Source: Raillietiella orientalis
Taxonomy: Eukaryota
Direction of reading: 5' to 3'
DNA: 64,000 bases
Assembly: GCA_036172245.1 (NCBI GenBank)
Contig: JAYWIR010000001.1
Span: 3,286,001 to 3,350,000, forward strand
This document shows positions 48,436 to 61,000 of this stretch, one piece after another. Position 1 is the stretch's first letter, and each line of letters starts with the position of its first letter. Under the pieces are notes generated by a model. The model was not told where the DNA came from and did no database searches. It worked only from the letters and a program-made list of their open reading frames with translations. A program made the position numbers and the translations under genes.

Positions 48436-51318
48436 GCTGAATATTAAATAATTTCTGGTGAAAGAAAAAATGATTTCACAAACATCGATAAGGTTGCACC
48501 GCAAACTGACAACGCTGCTGCTTCTGCGAGTCACTCACATTCTAAAAATGCTCCAACTGTAAAAGTTGAGAAACTCAAGTTTATCAACGGAATTTTGAAT
48601 TCCTATTCCCTTATTCAGCTTATTCGTGGCACCAAATAAGTCAGACAATCATTTCTTTGAGAATCTCACAGCACCACGCAAGACGGTGGTCACCCAAGAA
48701 CTGTTTTATATGCATTTCACGTTGGAGGGGTAAATTATGCATACATCAAAATGACTAGAGTCACTTAATTTGTAGGATTTCCCAAGAAACAAAGAATCTC
48801 AATGAAAACCAAATGAACTCCATTGCTTCAGGCAAGAGATATTATTCAGTCATTTCACTGAATTCGAGAAAGCCCAATTGCATTTCCTCCTTGCCGTCCT
48901 GCAGGAGATGGCTCTCGAATAGCCTCACGAGTGTTCCCCCGACTCAGTGGTTTTAGATAGCCTTCCCCGAACCAGATCTTAACCTAACCAAACCTAATCA
49001 AATGATTAAAAAGAAAAAAAGGAAAAAAAAGAAAAGGAAAAAAAAACAATTAGGGTTGCTCATGATGTGTTTAACAGGTGCAGCCTATCTATCGGTCACC
49101 AAACTCCCACCATGTTTTATGCATGGTTTTGGTCATGAAAAATGTACAATTGGAAAACCTCTAAGAAAGCTCAGAATACATCTCGTGCATCTATGAATAC
49201 CAGAAAAGAACGACGAAAGCATGAAAAGACTGGGAAGCTTTTGGCGGGTGAAAGTTGGTAGTACTTCTCATCTACATCTACAATAGTTCTCCGAAACAGA
49301 AAAGGAAAAAAAAATTGTCATTAAAGCCTCCATGTAAGAATTGTTGGTCTTGAATAAAAGCATGCTCATTGAGAAATACTTTACATACTGGAAAAAAAAT
49401 CACGTTCCATACTTCTAAAATCTAAATCATTAAGAACGTTGAGAGAAATTACAATTTCAAGATGTAACGTTATATTCTTTTCTGTTATTCATGGCAACAC
49501 GGCAATAGTGACTTCAGCTGCAGGAGATAACACGAAGATTAAGAAAAAGTTTCACTGTTCGACAGGTGATAATCAGTGAAAAGGGTGAATGAATTTATTT
49601 GTAAAGTATGGCTTACTACATAATCGACTAATTCGTCGTTTAGAATACGGTGGGTTTATCATCCTCACCTGTATGAGCATGAGTTATTCTGAAAAATGGG
49701 TTGAACTACTAGTTAATAAATAAAGGTAAACACAATGTGCCTCCTGCCACCGCCCAGTTGCTCCTATTGGTAATGGTATTTGAGCTAGCAAAACCATAAA
49801 CACCTTTGATTCCCCCAAATGTTTTACCCTCTTATGAGATAGTAATTCTCATGATATCAAAACACGAATTGTTTTCGAATACCATCTAACACAGATTTCT
49901 GTTGCTGAATATGCTTCCTACTTTCAGAAAATCAAATACTACAAGAAATTTTATAAATGATAAACAGGTAAGCAGAACCACTCTTGGGTATGAAAAGAAA
50001 ATCGATTTGTTCAATAAACACTAAAAAAAAATGATCAATAAAAAGCGACTTACAAATCTAATAGATTTCAAGCTGAATTAAAGCAAGACAAAAATTGAAT
50101 CACAAATGAAGACCTTAAAAAAAGGATTAGAGGTTTACAACTAATTCGTCTGATATTCAGGAAAAAAAACACATATGTCAGATGATATATTGAAAGATCT
50201 GAGAGTGAAACTTATTCTGACCAGTAGGTTGAGTGCTTCTACACGAATCTCTACTGGCCTAGACAGAGAACAGTGGGAAAAAAATTAGCCTCATTTTAAA
50301 TTTTTATTGCATTATTTCCTTATCCTTTGGCACGATTCGGTGACACAGTTTTCCTTCTCTGAAGCATAAAAGCAACATTATGGGGATTCTTAAGACTACT
50401 TATTAGGATTTATGGAAGTTAAGAGATGATTAATTTTAAGACATGTGAAGACTTGCTGTGGGGAAATTCCCATGAAAGCACAAAATTCAACTCCAAACAA
50501 ACCATAATTTTTTCAGGCATCCTCACCGAGAACAGCACGATGAAAAGTATTCCATCGGTTAATTATAAGCAGACCTTTTGGAGGGAGGAACTAAAGGAGT
50601 TTCGTGACAAGTTTACAAGGAACCTTTCTTAATACTCAAAGCAAACAGAAACACAAAAATGAAAGAATTCATGATCTACATGAGGACCTCCTTCGAATGG
50701 CATGAACAGAGTACCAAAGTACAGAATGGAGGTGTATTTATTTTTTTTAATGCCATAACACTCTAGCATTAAAATGACCTTGAGTACATCTTGATTTCAA
50801 GCTATACAGTAAGGTACGCGCTACCTGTGATTCAGGAATAGAGGTGCACGTTGGAACATTCAGTTTACAGCCAAATTGGTTTGGGCACCGAAAATAGAAG
50901 TCAAAGAGTAAAACCTCGTAGGATATAGCAATCCTCATGCAGAAAAAATGAGAAAGTAATGAAGAGTGAATCGGAAGAAGCCTTCTCAGGGAACATGAGG
51001 TCAAAAAAAGAAAAAGGCAGTTCAAGTATACCAACAAGACTGTTCTGTTGTCATGAGTAAATCAATGATTGCTTGAACTTTCAAAGGAATAAATTCAGGT
51101 ATTTCGGAACGGTAATTCTCCTTAGCTTTTATATGATTGTTTCGTCCAGAGAAACGTTGGAGGATTTATGTGATGGCCTGTTTGGAGTCATATCTGCTCC
51201 ATCTTATGTAACTGTGTTAGGTAAGCAAGCATCAAACTTTCGCTTCCTGGAACAGTGGTAATCTGGCTAATTGAGTCTTTCCAAGTCATAGAAGTACGAA
51301 TAGCAAAGAGGATGCAGT

Positions 51319-51360
51319 GTTACTATTGAGGCTGATACATATATCAGCCTCAATAGTGAT
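51319..51360. repeat. Perfect 16-bp inverted repeat with a 4-nt loop
   Basis: ACTATTGAGGCTGATA-CATA-TATCAGCCTCAATAGT, extendable by G-T pairs. Confidence 0.85.
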
Positions 51361-54300
51361 ATGCTCCATAATTGCATTCTTGTTGTGGAGGATTATCTGG
51401 GGCTGGAAATTCAGAATCTGAAATGAAGTGAATTATTATCTCCCCTACGAAAATCTGTAGCAATAAGAATTCCAATCAGATGCATTGCTCTTAAAAATAC
51501 CAGTTGAAATTCAGGAATGTCACTCTGAAAGTTTAGAATCGTAAAAGTTGAATCATGAATTGAGATCCAGGGGAAAAGTTATATGTAATTTCTGAAGCAG
51601 CAATTGAAATTATAGGAATGATCCTTCACCAAAGAAAAATTCTTCAGAGTCTAACATCAATGGTAAAGTGATCATCGCCACCATTACTTCTCAATTCTAT
51701 TACCTATTCTCTTACCTCCTGTCCGCTTGCTATCGTACACGTGGTTGCTGTCCTTTCAAACTTTTTTGGAAAGGAACGCCTCCGTCAGCTCCAGGACTGA
51801 TATCGGATTGTTTATTCAGATATAAAGAATAGTTCGGGGTTCGACATGGGAGGGGAAACACCTAGGAGTAAGAGAAAAAAACATTTGGTTTTTGGGTACA
51901 AAGATGGGAACTGATATTGGATTTGTTGGCCTGTCGAGAGATTCTGGAGTTCTGGAACATATACTGGACCTGTGACGAGAGAAGGGAAAGTAGATTGATG
52001 GCTGAGATATCTATGAATTTATTCACTTGGTTTCGAAGCGATGGACATTTCTTTTTAGTGTGGGTTTGAATGCTGTACTGAGACTGGGCTGACCTCTGCG
52101 ATAACCTCACACGTGGATTACGGCGAAGTATAATATTGAACGTAGGATGCAAGGAAGAAATGATAGCGAGGCTCTGAAGTCTCCAAGGATCTCTTACCTT
52201 CTACCCTTTCTGCAATCGCTTTTTGTCGTATTACCAGCGTGTGGCTGTGCTCTAGAGAGTGACCGGATTTCTGTTCGTGTCTGTTTTGGATGTACGCTAA
52301 AGAGCTGCGAATCTCTGCAAGTTCGTGCATCTTTATTTCTACTTTCTTTTATTCAATTGCTTTTTTTGTATCTTTAATGAAAGCAGTTTACTTGGCGGTT
52401 GGACGCGTGAAACTCTTAGAAGACAAAAAGACGAGCAGCCTCCAAGAGTTTTGCTAGTCGACTCACTGAGAGAGACCTAAAAGAAACGGACACAAAGAAG
52501 GTAAAAAGAAATAAAGAAACTGCATGCCTTCTCTCGTAAAGGAGCTCCTTTCAAGTACTTTTTGCGAGGTTCTGTTTTGTTTAGCAGCGTGGGATCCTAG
52601 AAATACTTTCCTTATGCACCACTGTCTATCTTTGGGTCCATCTGATCGTTGTCGCACGGCAATCAGCACCCTTTTTTTCGGGGTTTCAAGTCGGATGGAA
52701 CGTTCGTAGAGTGCATTCCTTCCCTTTCAAAGACTCCAAGGTTTGGAAGATTCGAAGTCGAAAATGGAAGACCACGTGTATTTAGGTGAACAGAAAGATC
52801 TATGGAAAGTCCTCCGCATTCGAAGACGCCATGAGACGATGGCATAGCACTTTTGTAACAGGTCCAGTGATAGCTCTGATGTCAGTGAGGAAGACATCGG
52901 AACTACTTGGGCTGGGCGTGTCATAATGGATTTCGATCCATTGTGGCCTGACACTGGTGCGATTCTAAACATCCTATTTCACCCGGGAGGAATCCGGGTC
53001 CATGGACTTGGGGGGGGGGAGGGAGGAGAAGAAATTGGGGTGATGACAAAACAACGAGATGAAGGCGGTGGAGCTCCCAAGATTATCTTTAGGAGAAGGG
53101 AAAGAGTTCTCTCGACAGCTGCATCTGGAAACATTGTCTTCCGCACGTGCGTTCTCCTGGCCAGATGACGCTCACGGAGATTTGCATTTTCGAGTCGTCT
53201 CCATGCCACGTGCTGCAGAACTCAGAAAGCGACGAATGTGCTTACGGAGTTGATTTTTTTCCTGATGAGATGGGGATGCTGGAAAGTCTTATCTTCTAGA
53301 CGGGGGAGGCGCTTATCCTTGCCGACACCTGTAGGAGGATCCCGTCATCGAGTGAGTTTTATCACTCTCCTGGTCATTGGAGAGTTTCATCAGGAACGCC
53401 GAAAACGTGAAAACGGTTCAGTTCTGTTCCTCTCTCTCTCTTTGTTCCAGTGAGATGCACTCAAATGGGAAGTGGACTTCTCGAGCGCTCCCTGTAACAT
53501 GGCAACGCTGAGAAACGGTGAAGAGGGAATAGCCATGACAGTGTCAGCTGCGACAGAGTCAGCATTGCTTCAGAGAGCTGGATCAACATCGGTCGATCAG
53601 AGCTCTCCCCAAACGTTGGTGGACATGAGGATCCTCTTGTTTTCTCCAGGAAAGATTTCCAGAATCGGGAGGAACGACCTTCCCGTGTTCTGATCTCCCA
53701 AGGGTGACGTGAAGCCTCGCAAGCTCCACCCAGGAGTGATTTGTCTGAATTTCTAACGAGAGTGGTCCACTCGAAAAGCAGAGATTTTTGACTCTGTCGA
53801 TACTTCATCATCACTGCCAGCGATCTGAAGAGATCCGGTCATCCTTCGAAAGGAAGGAATTGCTCCTCAGCACCTTGGCGCTCTTCACCGAACGAATGCC
53901 TGTGACTTCAAATCAAAGACTTGGAACAAAACTCATCCTCAACTGAACGCCAGTAGGTCAATGTCCGTGCAAAGAAGGCAAAAAATAAAAAAAACAAACA
54001 ACAATAATAAAAAAACACACAGACACACAAGGACACTGAGGTGCAGAGCTTCTGCTGCTGGGGGCAGATGACTTCGCCAAAGGCAACTGAGGATCGTGAA
54101 TGTTTCGATGACAGCACCTGCCCCGAGGGCACGAATCTGCCGATTATCCAAAGAGAGAGAGGTAGGGACCATCAGATGCAGGGCTGGGTCCGCTGCGAGA
54201 GTCCAAGATGAAAAATCAACTGATGGCAGGAAGCCATCTCAGAGGAAGCTGAGAAGCAGGGAACCATGAAGGATGAATGCGAGGCAGGGAAGGGGGGAGG

Positions 54301-54381
54301 TATAGATTAGGTATAAGGTATAGAGGTTCTGCAGTAACTGTCTGGAGAATCGAACCGCCCATCGAGGATCATCTGAGGGCC

Positions 54382-57300
54382 TCAGTCCCTGATGTCCCTG
54401 GGTGCCTCCGTGCCAGGAGTCAGGGGTCTTCCTTCTTCCCCGAGGAACAGCTGTTCCAGGGGCAGAAGGTAGGACTCTGTGGTGGGAGCGGCAGCCAGTC
54501 TGAAGAGGAGGTCAAGTGAGGCTGTTTCGTCTTCTCGGAAGGAGGAAAAGGGGGTGGTGGCTGTCTTCGGAGGCCAGGTGGTGGACTCGTCTTCGTCGTC
54601 CGCTGCCTGCGATAAGGTCTGTTCCTTTCCGACCCGGCTTGCAGCCTCTGCATTCTTTGGCTCAACCGAAGACGGTAGTGGAGGCTGGGATGTCCCGGAA
54701 GGGGGAGAAGGGGAGGTTCCCCCTTTTCTCGGGTCTCCCGGGAGAACTGAGTTCTTTTTCTTGGGTAGCTTGTCGGAGCTCCTGTGGTCATTCATGTCAT
54801 GGGCGTGCGGACCACTGCTCTTCTCCGCCTTCTCCTCTTCCTGTGGGCTTACTGTCGACTCCTCCTCCTCCTCCTTCTCACCCCCTTCCCTCCCGTGGTG
54901 TAGGCCTGAGGGTCTGCCTAAGGGTGCGGCGGGGAGCTTCGGCGAGACCCCGCAGACCGGGACGTACCGCCTCGTGGTGGTGCGGATGGAGGTGGACCAG
55001 GGCGGCAGTAACGGTCGCAAGGGTGTGGGCGCGTTTCTCGTGGAACGCTGAGTCACCTGGACCTCGAGACGGGCTCTCGAATGCGCAGTCAGCGACGGCG
55101 GCGGTGATGACAAAGAGGAGGGCGGGAGGTTCGCTTGCTCCTTGGAGGCTGCGGCGGTGGAGCTTCTCGGGCGAAAGAAAAGATCCGGGACGTGGGCGTC
55201 GCTGCTTCGCGGCGCCAGAGGACCCTTGTCCTTCCCCGAGGAAGAAGGGAGGTTCCTGGCGCGGATCCTCTCGAAGAACTTCCTTTGGCGGGCCGCATGG
55301 GCGGACTCGGTAGTGGTCGCCTCTGCCACCTCCGGAGAGGAGGAAGAGGGAGAAGCGGAAGCAGCGGAAGCGGACGCCTCCGAATCGGAGAGCAGCTCAC
55401 CTATCCTCTTGCTCAGCATCTCCGGAGGAAGAGTATGGGTCTGAGACTCGGTCTGCCTTTCCTGGATGCCGGAGCGGGCACCCCTAAGTCCCGAAGGTCC
55501 CACCATCCGGTAGTAAAGGTCCAGAGTGTAGGGAGGGAGGTCGGCGGATCCCCTCTGGCGCTCCGAAGAAGGGAGGCTGCGGTGGTACAGATCCAGCTGC
55601 TCCAGGAGCTCCGGGTAGGAACTCTGGTAGGCGCGGTACAGATCGAGTCCCTCTTCCGGGTCCTTCCGGGGACGGCGCTCCTCCCCTTCGGGACCGGGAG
55701 GTCCAGGGGGAGGGAGAAGGTTGTCCTTGAACCAGGAGAGCGTGTCCTCCTCCGCGAGGGGTCCTCCTCCGGCCTTCTTTCTCTTCCTCCCTTCGTTCCC
55801 TGAGCCGCTGCCTGCGGAGGCGGCGACCGGGACGTTGGGGGAAGACCGGAGGCTCTCGACCAGGCTGCTGCTGCTCCCGTGGAGCCGCCTGCGTGCGGCT
55901 AGCTCCCCGGGATCCGCGGCCGCCGCAGCCAAGGCGGTCTCCCGCGCAAGCTCCCCGTCCCGGGTCGGCTCCGAGACCTCGGGTTCCCCGGGAGCGGTGG
56001 CAGCGGTCGGGTGATCGCCGACGACGAAGTGCGGGCGGAAGGTGGGAGGCTTCCTCGGGTGAACTGTGGGGGAGGAAAGGGGGGAGGACGGTTGCAGGGA
56101 GACACGGCGCCGCCCCCCGGGAGCGGGAGCCGTGGACATCCCTCGGAGGTAACGAGACCCGTTCCCGGAGGCGCGAAAGGAGTACGAGAACCTGGGACCG
56201 TCGTCCGGAGGCGGAGGGGCGGAGGTCGGCAGCCGCCGGTCACCGTCTGTCGTGTCCTCCGTTGTCTCCGGAGGACCACCACCGCGCCTCTGTTGCTGTT
56301 GCTGCTGCAGGCGCCGGTGGCCGGCGCCGCCTGGCCTCTTCAGGCGACGACGGCGGCCGCGCTTCCCGCTACCTCCCCCACGTGTCGCAACCGGCGGTTG
56401 GGACGCCCCTGGGAAGCCGTCCGTGGTCGTCGCGACCTCGGCGGCGTGCTTGAACGTGCGGACGGCCTCCCACTCTCGCAGTCCTCCTCCTCCTCCCCTG
56501 GGAGAGGCGGTCGATGAGGTGGAGGACCAGTCAGGGGGTGCACGAAGGTCGCCGGCCGGAAGGAGCCTTGAACCTGGGAGGCCCGAGAGGAGGGAAGCAG
56601 GGACACGGGGGCGCTCCCCTCGAGAGCTGCCGTCGTCTTCCGGCTTTCTCCCCAGCCGGAGGACTCCCTCGGAACTGGTGGAGGGACCAGGGTCTCGCGT
56701 GGCAGCAGCCGTGCGCTCCCCACTGCCAAAGGGGAGCGACTGGGGTGGGGATGACTCTTCGTTGTCATTCCGGTCCTCGGTCTCTTGCTGCTGCTGCCGT
56801 CTCTTCCCCTTCCTGGAGAGAAGCTCCCCTTCAGGATCATTGGGGCGATGGGTCCTCCAGACGAAACTGCCTCTCTGGGCACCCTCGAAGACGGTCGCTC
56901 TGTCGATGCGGAGGGAATTCTTGGAGACTGCTTCCGGGTTCTCCTTCCCGACCAGACCGCCAGCACTGCCTCGACTCCAGTTGCGCTCACGCTGTTGCCG
57001 CGAGAGCATTGCCAAGGGAACCGGGCCGGTGAGGTCTCTCCCTCGCGGTACATCTCCTCTGCTGTGCTGGTCGTGCATATCGATCTCGGGCTGCTGCTGC
57101 TGCTGCTGTTGCTGGCGATTGCCAGGATCTTCTTGAGGTCCTTTGGGAGGGTCGGGAGTTTCCTCCTTCTGCTGCTCCTTCTCAGAGACCAAGGAGGGAC
57201 CAGGAGTGGATCTGTCCTTCGACCCCTCCTCAAGAGCTTCTTCTTCAGGAAGGACAGTCTCTTCCGAGAGTTTCTCCAGAGATGGCGCCGCTGCGGGCTG

Positions 57301-58017
57301 GCCTCCCTTGCTCTGCTCCTCGAGTAAGAAAGGGAGGAGGAAGATTCGGTCGTCAAGGAGAAACTGCCGCAGTTCTTCTTCCGGGTCGAAGCTCGAAGGT
57401 GGAGCTTCCCTGGCCGGATGCCCTGAAGAGGAGCGGTCGTCTCCGTGGTACTGCTGCTGCTGCTGCTGGAGGATGCGATCCTCCGCTCTCCCCGTTGGGT
57501 CTCCCGCTGACTCGCCTCCTGCGAGAGGGCTCTGGATGACCGGCTCCAGGGAGGTCTGACCATCCCCCGGAGGCTTCTCCACGAAGGGGCGATCCTCAAG
57601 TTCGAAGGTCGGCGGCAGGCGGCCTCCGCCTGCTGTCCCTGCGCTGTCGGCAGAGGCGCCGTCGACCGCCATGCGGCCAAGAGAGAAGACATGGGAGATG
57701 GCGCGCTCCCTTTCGACCTTCCACTTCGGTCTCTCCTCGTCCCGTTCCGCGGCGCCTTCGATCCCGAAGGAGTCCAGAGAGCTCCCAAAGGATTTTCGGT
57801 TCTCGAGCTCGCCTCCAGAGATCCCGGACGGCCGGAAGTCGTCCCCGATCGAGTTCTCCGCCTCTCGGAAGCGTGTGACCTCCTTGACGCTTCTCGGAAA
57901 GGTGGGTCCCTTCTCTGACCCGAAGGACTCCCAGGACGAGATCGCTTCGTGGTCTTGGTCGTGCTGGAAGTCGGGCTGGTGATCCCGAGGAGACCGACGA
58001 AGACCCCATCCCTCCAC
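54382..58017 (-). CDS. Large exon of an orphan low-complexity, largely disordered protein (1211 codons); start exon not identified
   Basis: 3.6-kb stop-free frame with poly-Q, P/S/G/R-rich tracts and basic clusters. It starts right after CCGTTCCAG (acceptor-like) with an in-frame TGA just upstream, so it is probably an internal or terminal exon. Confidence 0.7.
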   Translation of the reverse strand: MEGWGLRRSPRDHQPDFQHDQDHEAISSWESFGSEKGPTFPRSVKEVTRFREAENSIGDDFRPSGISGGELENRKSFGSSLDSFGIEGAAERDEERPKWKVERERAISHVFSLGRMAVDGASADSAGTAGGGRLPPTFELEDRPFVEKPPGDGQTSLEPVIQSPLAGGESAGDPTGRAEDRILQQQQQQYHGDDRSSSGHPAREAPPSSFDPEEELRQFLLDDRIFLLPFLLEEQSKGGQPAAAPSLEKLSEETVLPEEEALEEGSKDRSTPGPSLVSEKEQQKEETPDPPKGPQEDPGNRQQQQQQQQPEIDMHDQHSRGDVPRGRDLTGPVPLAMLSRQQRERNWSRGSAGGLVGKENPEAVSKNSLRIDRATVFEGAQRGSFVWRTHRPNDPEGELLSRKGKRRQQQQETEDRNDNEESSPPQSLPFGSGERTAAATRDPGPSTSSEGVLRLGRKPEDDGSSRGERPRVPASLLSGLPGSRLLPAGDLRAPPDWSSTSSTASPRGGGGGLREWEAVRTFKHAAEVATTTDGFPGASQPPVATRGGGSGKRGRRRRLKRPGGAGHRRLQQQQQQRRGGGPPETTEDTTDGDRRLPTSAPPPPDDGPRFSYSFRASGNGSRYLRGMSTAPAPGGRRRVSLQPSSPLSSPTVHPRKPPTFRPHFVVGDHPTAATAPGEPEVSEPTRDGELARETALAAAAADPGELAARRRLHGSSSSLVESLRSSPNVPVAASAGSGSGNEGRKRKKAGGGPLAEEDTLSWFKDNLLPPPGPPGPEGEERRPRKDPEEGLDLYRAYQSSYPELLEQLDLYHRSLPSSERQRGSADLPPYTLDLYYRMVGPSGLRGARSGIQERQTESQTHTLPPEMLSKRIGELLSDSEASASAASASPSSSSPEVAEATTTESAHAARQRKFFERIRARNLPSSSGKDKGPLAPRSSDAHVPDLFFRPRSSTAAASKEQANLPPSSLSSPPPSLTAHSRARLEVQVTQRSTRNAPTPLRPLLPPWSTSIRTTTRRYVPVCGVSPKLPAAPLGRPSGLHHGREGGEKEEEEESTVSPQEEEKAEKSSGPHAHDMNDHRSSDKLPKKKNSVLPGDPRKGGTSPSPPSGTSQPPLPSSVEPKNAEAASRVGKEQTLSQAADDEDESTTWPPKTATTPFSSFREDETASLDLLFRLAAAPTTESYLLPLEQLFLGEEGRPLTPGTEAPRDIRD

Positions 58018-61000
58018 CTGGAACGGGTTCTTGCGTCAGACAAGCTCCGCGAAGAAACTATGTGCTGGAGGGAAGGTTGTGGTCAAGCAAATGGCCCTGG
58101 GAAAGGAGGAAATGATCCCCCGCTTCTCCGGCGGCTCTCTTTTTGTTATCTGTCATTTTCGCTGCGTTTTTGGGGAAGATGGGAATTTGCCGTGGATGAT
58201 GCGATGCGCGGAGGTGTTTCCTGAGTAGCGAGAGATGGCGACGTACCGCCTCTCCTTCGGGCTGTCTTTCTCCTCCTCCTCCTCCTCCCCCCTTACGAGG
58301 TTCCTATTGGCCCATCGTGAGCACTCTTCCTTTGAGAATTCTCCCGAATTTCCGCCTGCACCCAGTTTCCGGTAGGTAAGGCCGTGGGGTCCAGTGCTCG
58401 AACTTAGCAGTGAGTTCTTTCATCCGTCTGATTCCTCTTCCCTCCTGTTTGTGTGGCAGACATCTAGAAGTGTCTGCTCTCACTTCCTTCCATCTTCCGG
58501 CTATCCTGTCTTCGCAATCCGATCGGGACCATTCCATCCTCGCTTCCCTCGCATGAACTCGGTCCACTTCCCAGCTTCCTCCTCCTCCTCCAAGTTCCCC
58601 ATTGGTTTCCAGCCACCCAGCTGGCGAGCCACATACTAGAGTAGCGGTCCTGTTCTCCAGGGACCACTTACGACCTACCACTTTTTTTTCACTCCTGGTG
58701 ACAGACCCACACGAAGGTCATCTCTCTGTCCCTAGAAACGTCGCTCTCTTCGGTCTTCCAATAGGAGTCTTCTTTCTTCAGATTCCTTTTGTTTTTTTCT
58801 AGAGAGGAAGGGAAGGGTTGGGGGGGAGGGAATGGTGGAGAGAAGACGAGGTGGGATGGATTGCTTTCCTCCTTTCTGCCTACTTGTTATACCATAACGA
58901 AGTCAGTCTTGCTTCTCGTTTCCTCCCTTTTCTGCTTCATTTGTCTCTCCGATGACCTGCCAGCCTCCTTTCGGAGCTGCACTTCCGGCGGCGCTTCCCT
59001 CCATCCTAGTCTGGTCAGCCAATGAGGAGCCAAAGAGAGAGTCGTCGACATTCTGAGGGCTCCGCGTGGGGTCGACGGTGCCTTGCGGAGGCGGTCCCGC
59101 GGCCGGCTAGCCCTTCCAAGCAATTCGAGGACTGCCGACGCCCCTTTTGTGCGTTCAGGTCGGAGGTCGCATCCCCGAGGCACTTCAGTATCGCAGGAGG
59201 AAGAGGAGAGTCCCCCCGAAGGTACGCGACATCTCGGCAGGAAATCGAGCCCGAGTGCTGGGAGCACAAGACAATGTGCCTGGATCGGTTCGAGGGAAAT
59301 CACGTACAAGCCTTGCCTTCTCGAAAGAAGCACGCGTAGCACCGTCGGGATGCGCCGAATGGAGCGACTTCTCGTGAGGGTACACTTGAGAGCCGGAAAC
59401 GGGGGAATTCGGGAGGCGGCGTCACGCAGTCCTCCGACAGACGGAGACCACAACGATCCGGATTTTCACAGCGTCCCAGTTGCGAAGGGAAACGGGAGAG
59501 AGATTCCTGGCTATGGTCCTTTCCGAGAGAACGCAAACGGCAAGGTGCTCCCATTTTCTGGCGTTCACCGCTCTCCTGACGAGGTGGACAGCTACCTTCC
59601 CTGACTTTATTTTTATTTTTTTTTCCAGTTCTTAGAGTGGAGGATCTCGAGAGCGGCTTGTCTGCGCTCTTTTCTTAGAATGCCCATCTCGATGACGGCC
59701 TCCATCTTAGAAGCTGCGTCCAATGTAAACTTTATATAAATCCTCTACAAAGAGAAGAGAGATCGCACAGCTTTGTTGTTTCTGATTGCAGAGGTCTTTC
59801 TGGCCTTTCAGCACACTTAGTTTCTTGCTAGCAGGGCAACTGTTTCGTGCAGATCTGTATATGTTCATTAACAGTTCCAACAAAAGATTGAAAGAATACA
59901 AAGGAGGGGGAGAGGGGGAACGGAATAGGGAGTTGGATCGAATGAACTCTTTCTGGAACATCTTCAATTTCACGAAGCCGCTTTCCACGAAGTACTTTTA
60001 TCATTTAGAGAACGGGTTCCTCAACGTGTAAGCGCATCCTACAGTGCCATCTTCCGAATGGGTCACTCACTCTAGATACGTAACCCTTTGCGCATCATGC
60101 AAGCTGGAAGTGGTAATCCGGAATGGAAAAAGTTCCCCTCTCTGAAGGAATGTGGGATATGGAAGAAAAAAAAAAAAACATTGATAGCGCAAACATTGCT
60201 GTAGATGTGCTGAAGCGCAATATATGAGGGCTATTGGGTAGGCAGGGTATCAATATTTGCTTTCTCTGCTGGGCTCTGCATCGAATTCAAGAAGCATTTT
60301 GAAGTTCGTTTGTGCTCACCCCAACTCTTGCAGCATCCTCAGCTCTTCCCACATTCAGCAGCGACACACAGATCAAGAAGATACCTATAAAAAAAAGTTC
60401 CAATTTAGAATTAGAATTCTCGATGGAGTACAAGAGGCTTTATACTGTACAGAATGTTTGGATATTCGAAAACGCTAAAAGAGAAGGAAAAATTCCGCTG
60501 CTTACGTCGAGAGGGACCCGCGAAATCGCTCCTGCGCGCGGCATTTTCACTGAGTGTTAATGAGGAGAAACACGTGCAAGAAAGGGTTGGTGGAGTTGGA
60601 ACGAAACATTGCACGAGCTCGTTGGCTCCTTCTCGCATCTTCCTAAATGGAATTCAACTTTTCGCAAAAGAGCGGTCCATTCCTCGAAAATTTCACTCCC
60701 AGAGCAGAAGGGTAAATGCAAACGAATTAAAGGAAATTGAAAACGATGCGGATCAGCCTTCAGCTTCACCTTTTCTTGTGCATTTGTGGTAGTTTGAAAT
60801 GCATGAGAAAAGACAGAGCTCAAGGTTGAGTGTGTATTCTGATCGCGTTGCCTCGGTTAAGTGTGTTTGTGGTCCAGAAACAGCATCGATGAAAATGGCC
60901 TGATTGCTAGCAGTGAGGGATGGACCGTTCAGGAACCTCTAAGTGAATATCCCAACACTTTTGAGATAGTTTGCGGATATGAGGAAATATGTCATTGCAT

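Noticed and set aside
54382-58017. TGF-beta/BMP family precursor
   Set aside because: Only the PPYxLDLY motif matches; no cystine-knot domain in the ORF or evident downstream.
56340-58043. 567-aa alternative-frame ORF and the + strand ORFs over 54.5-58 kb
   Set aside because: Expected stop-poor shadows of a GC-rich coding exon.
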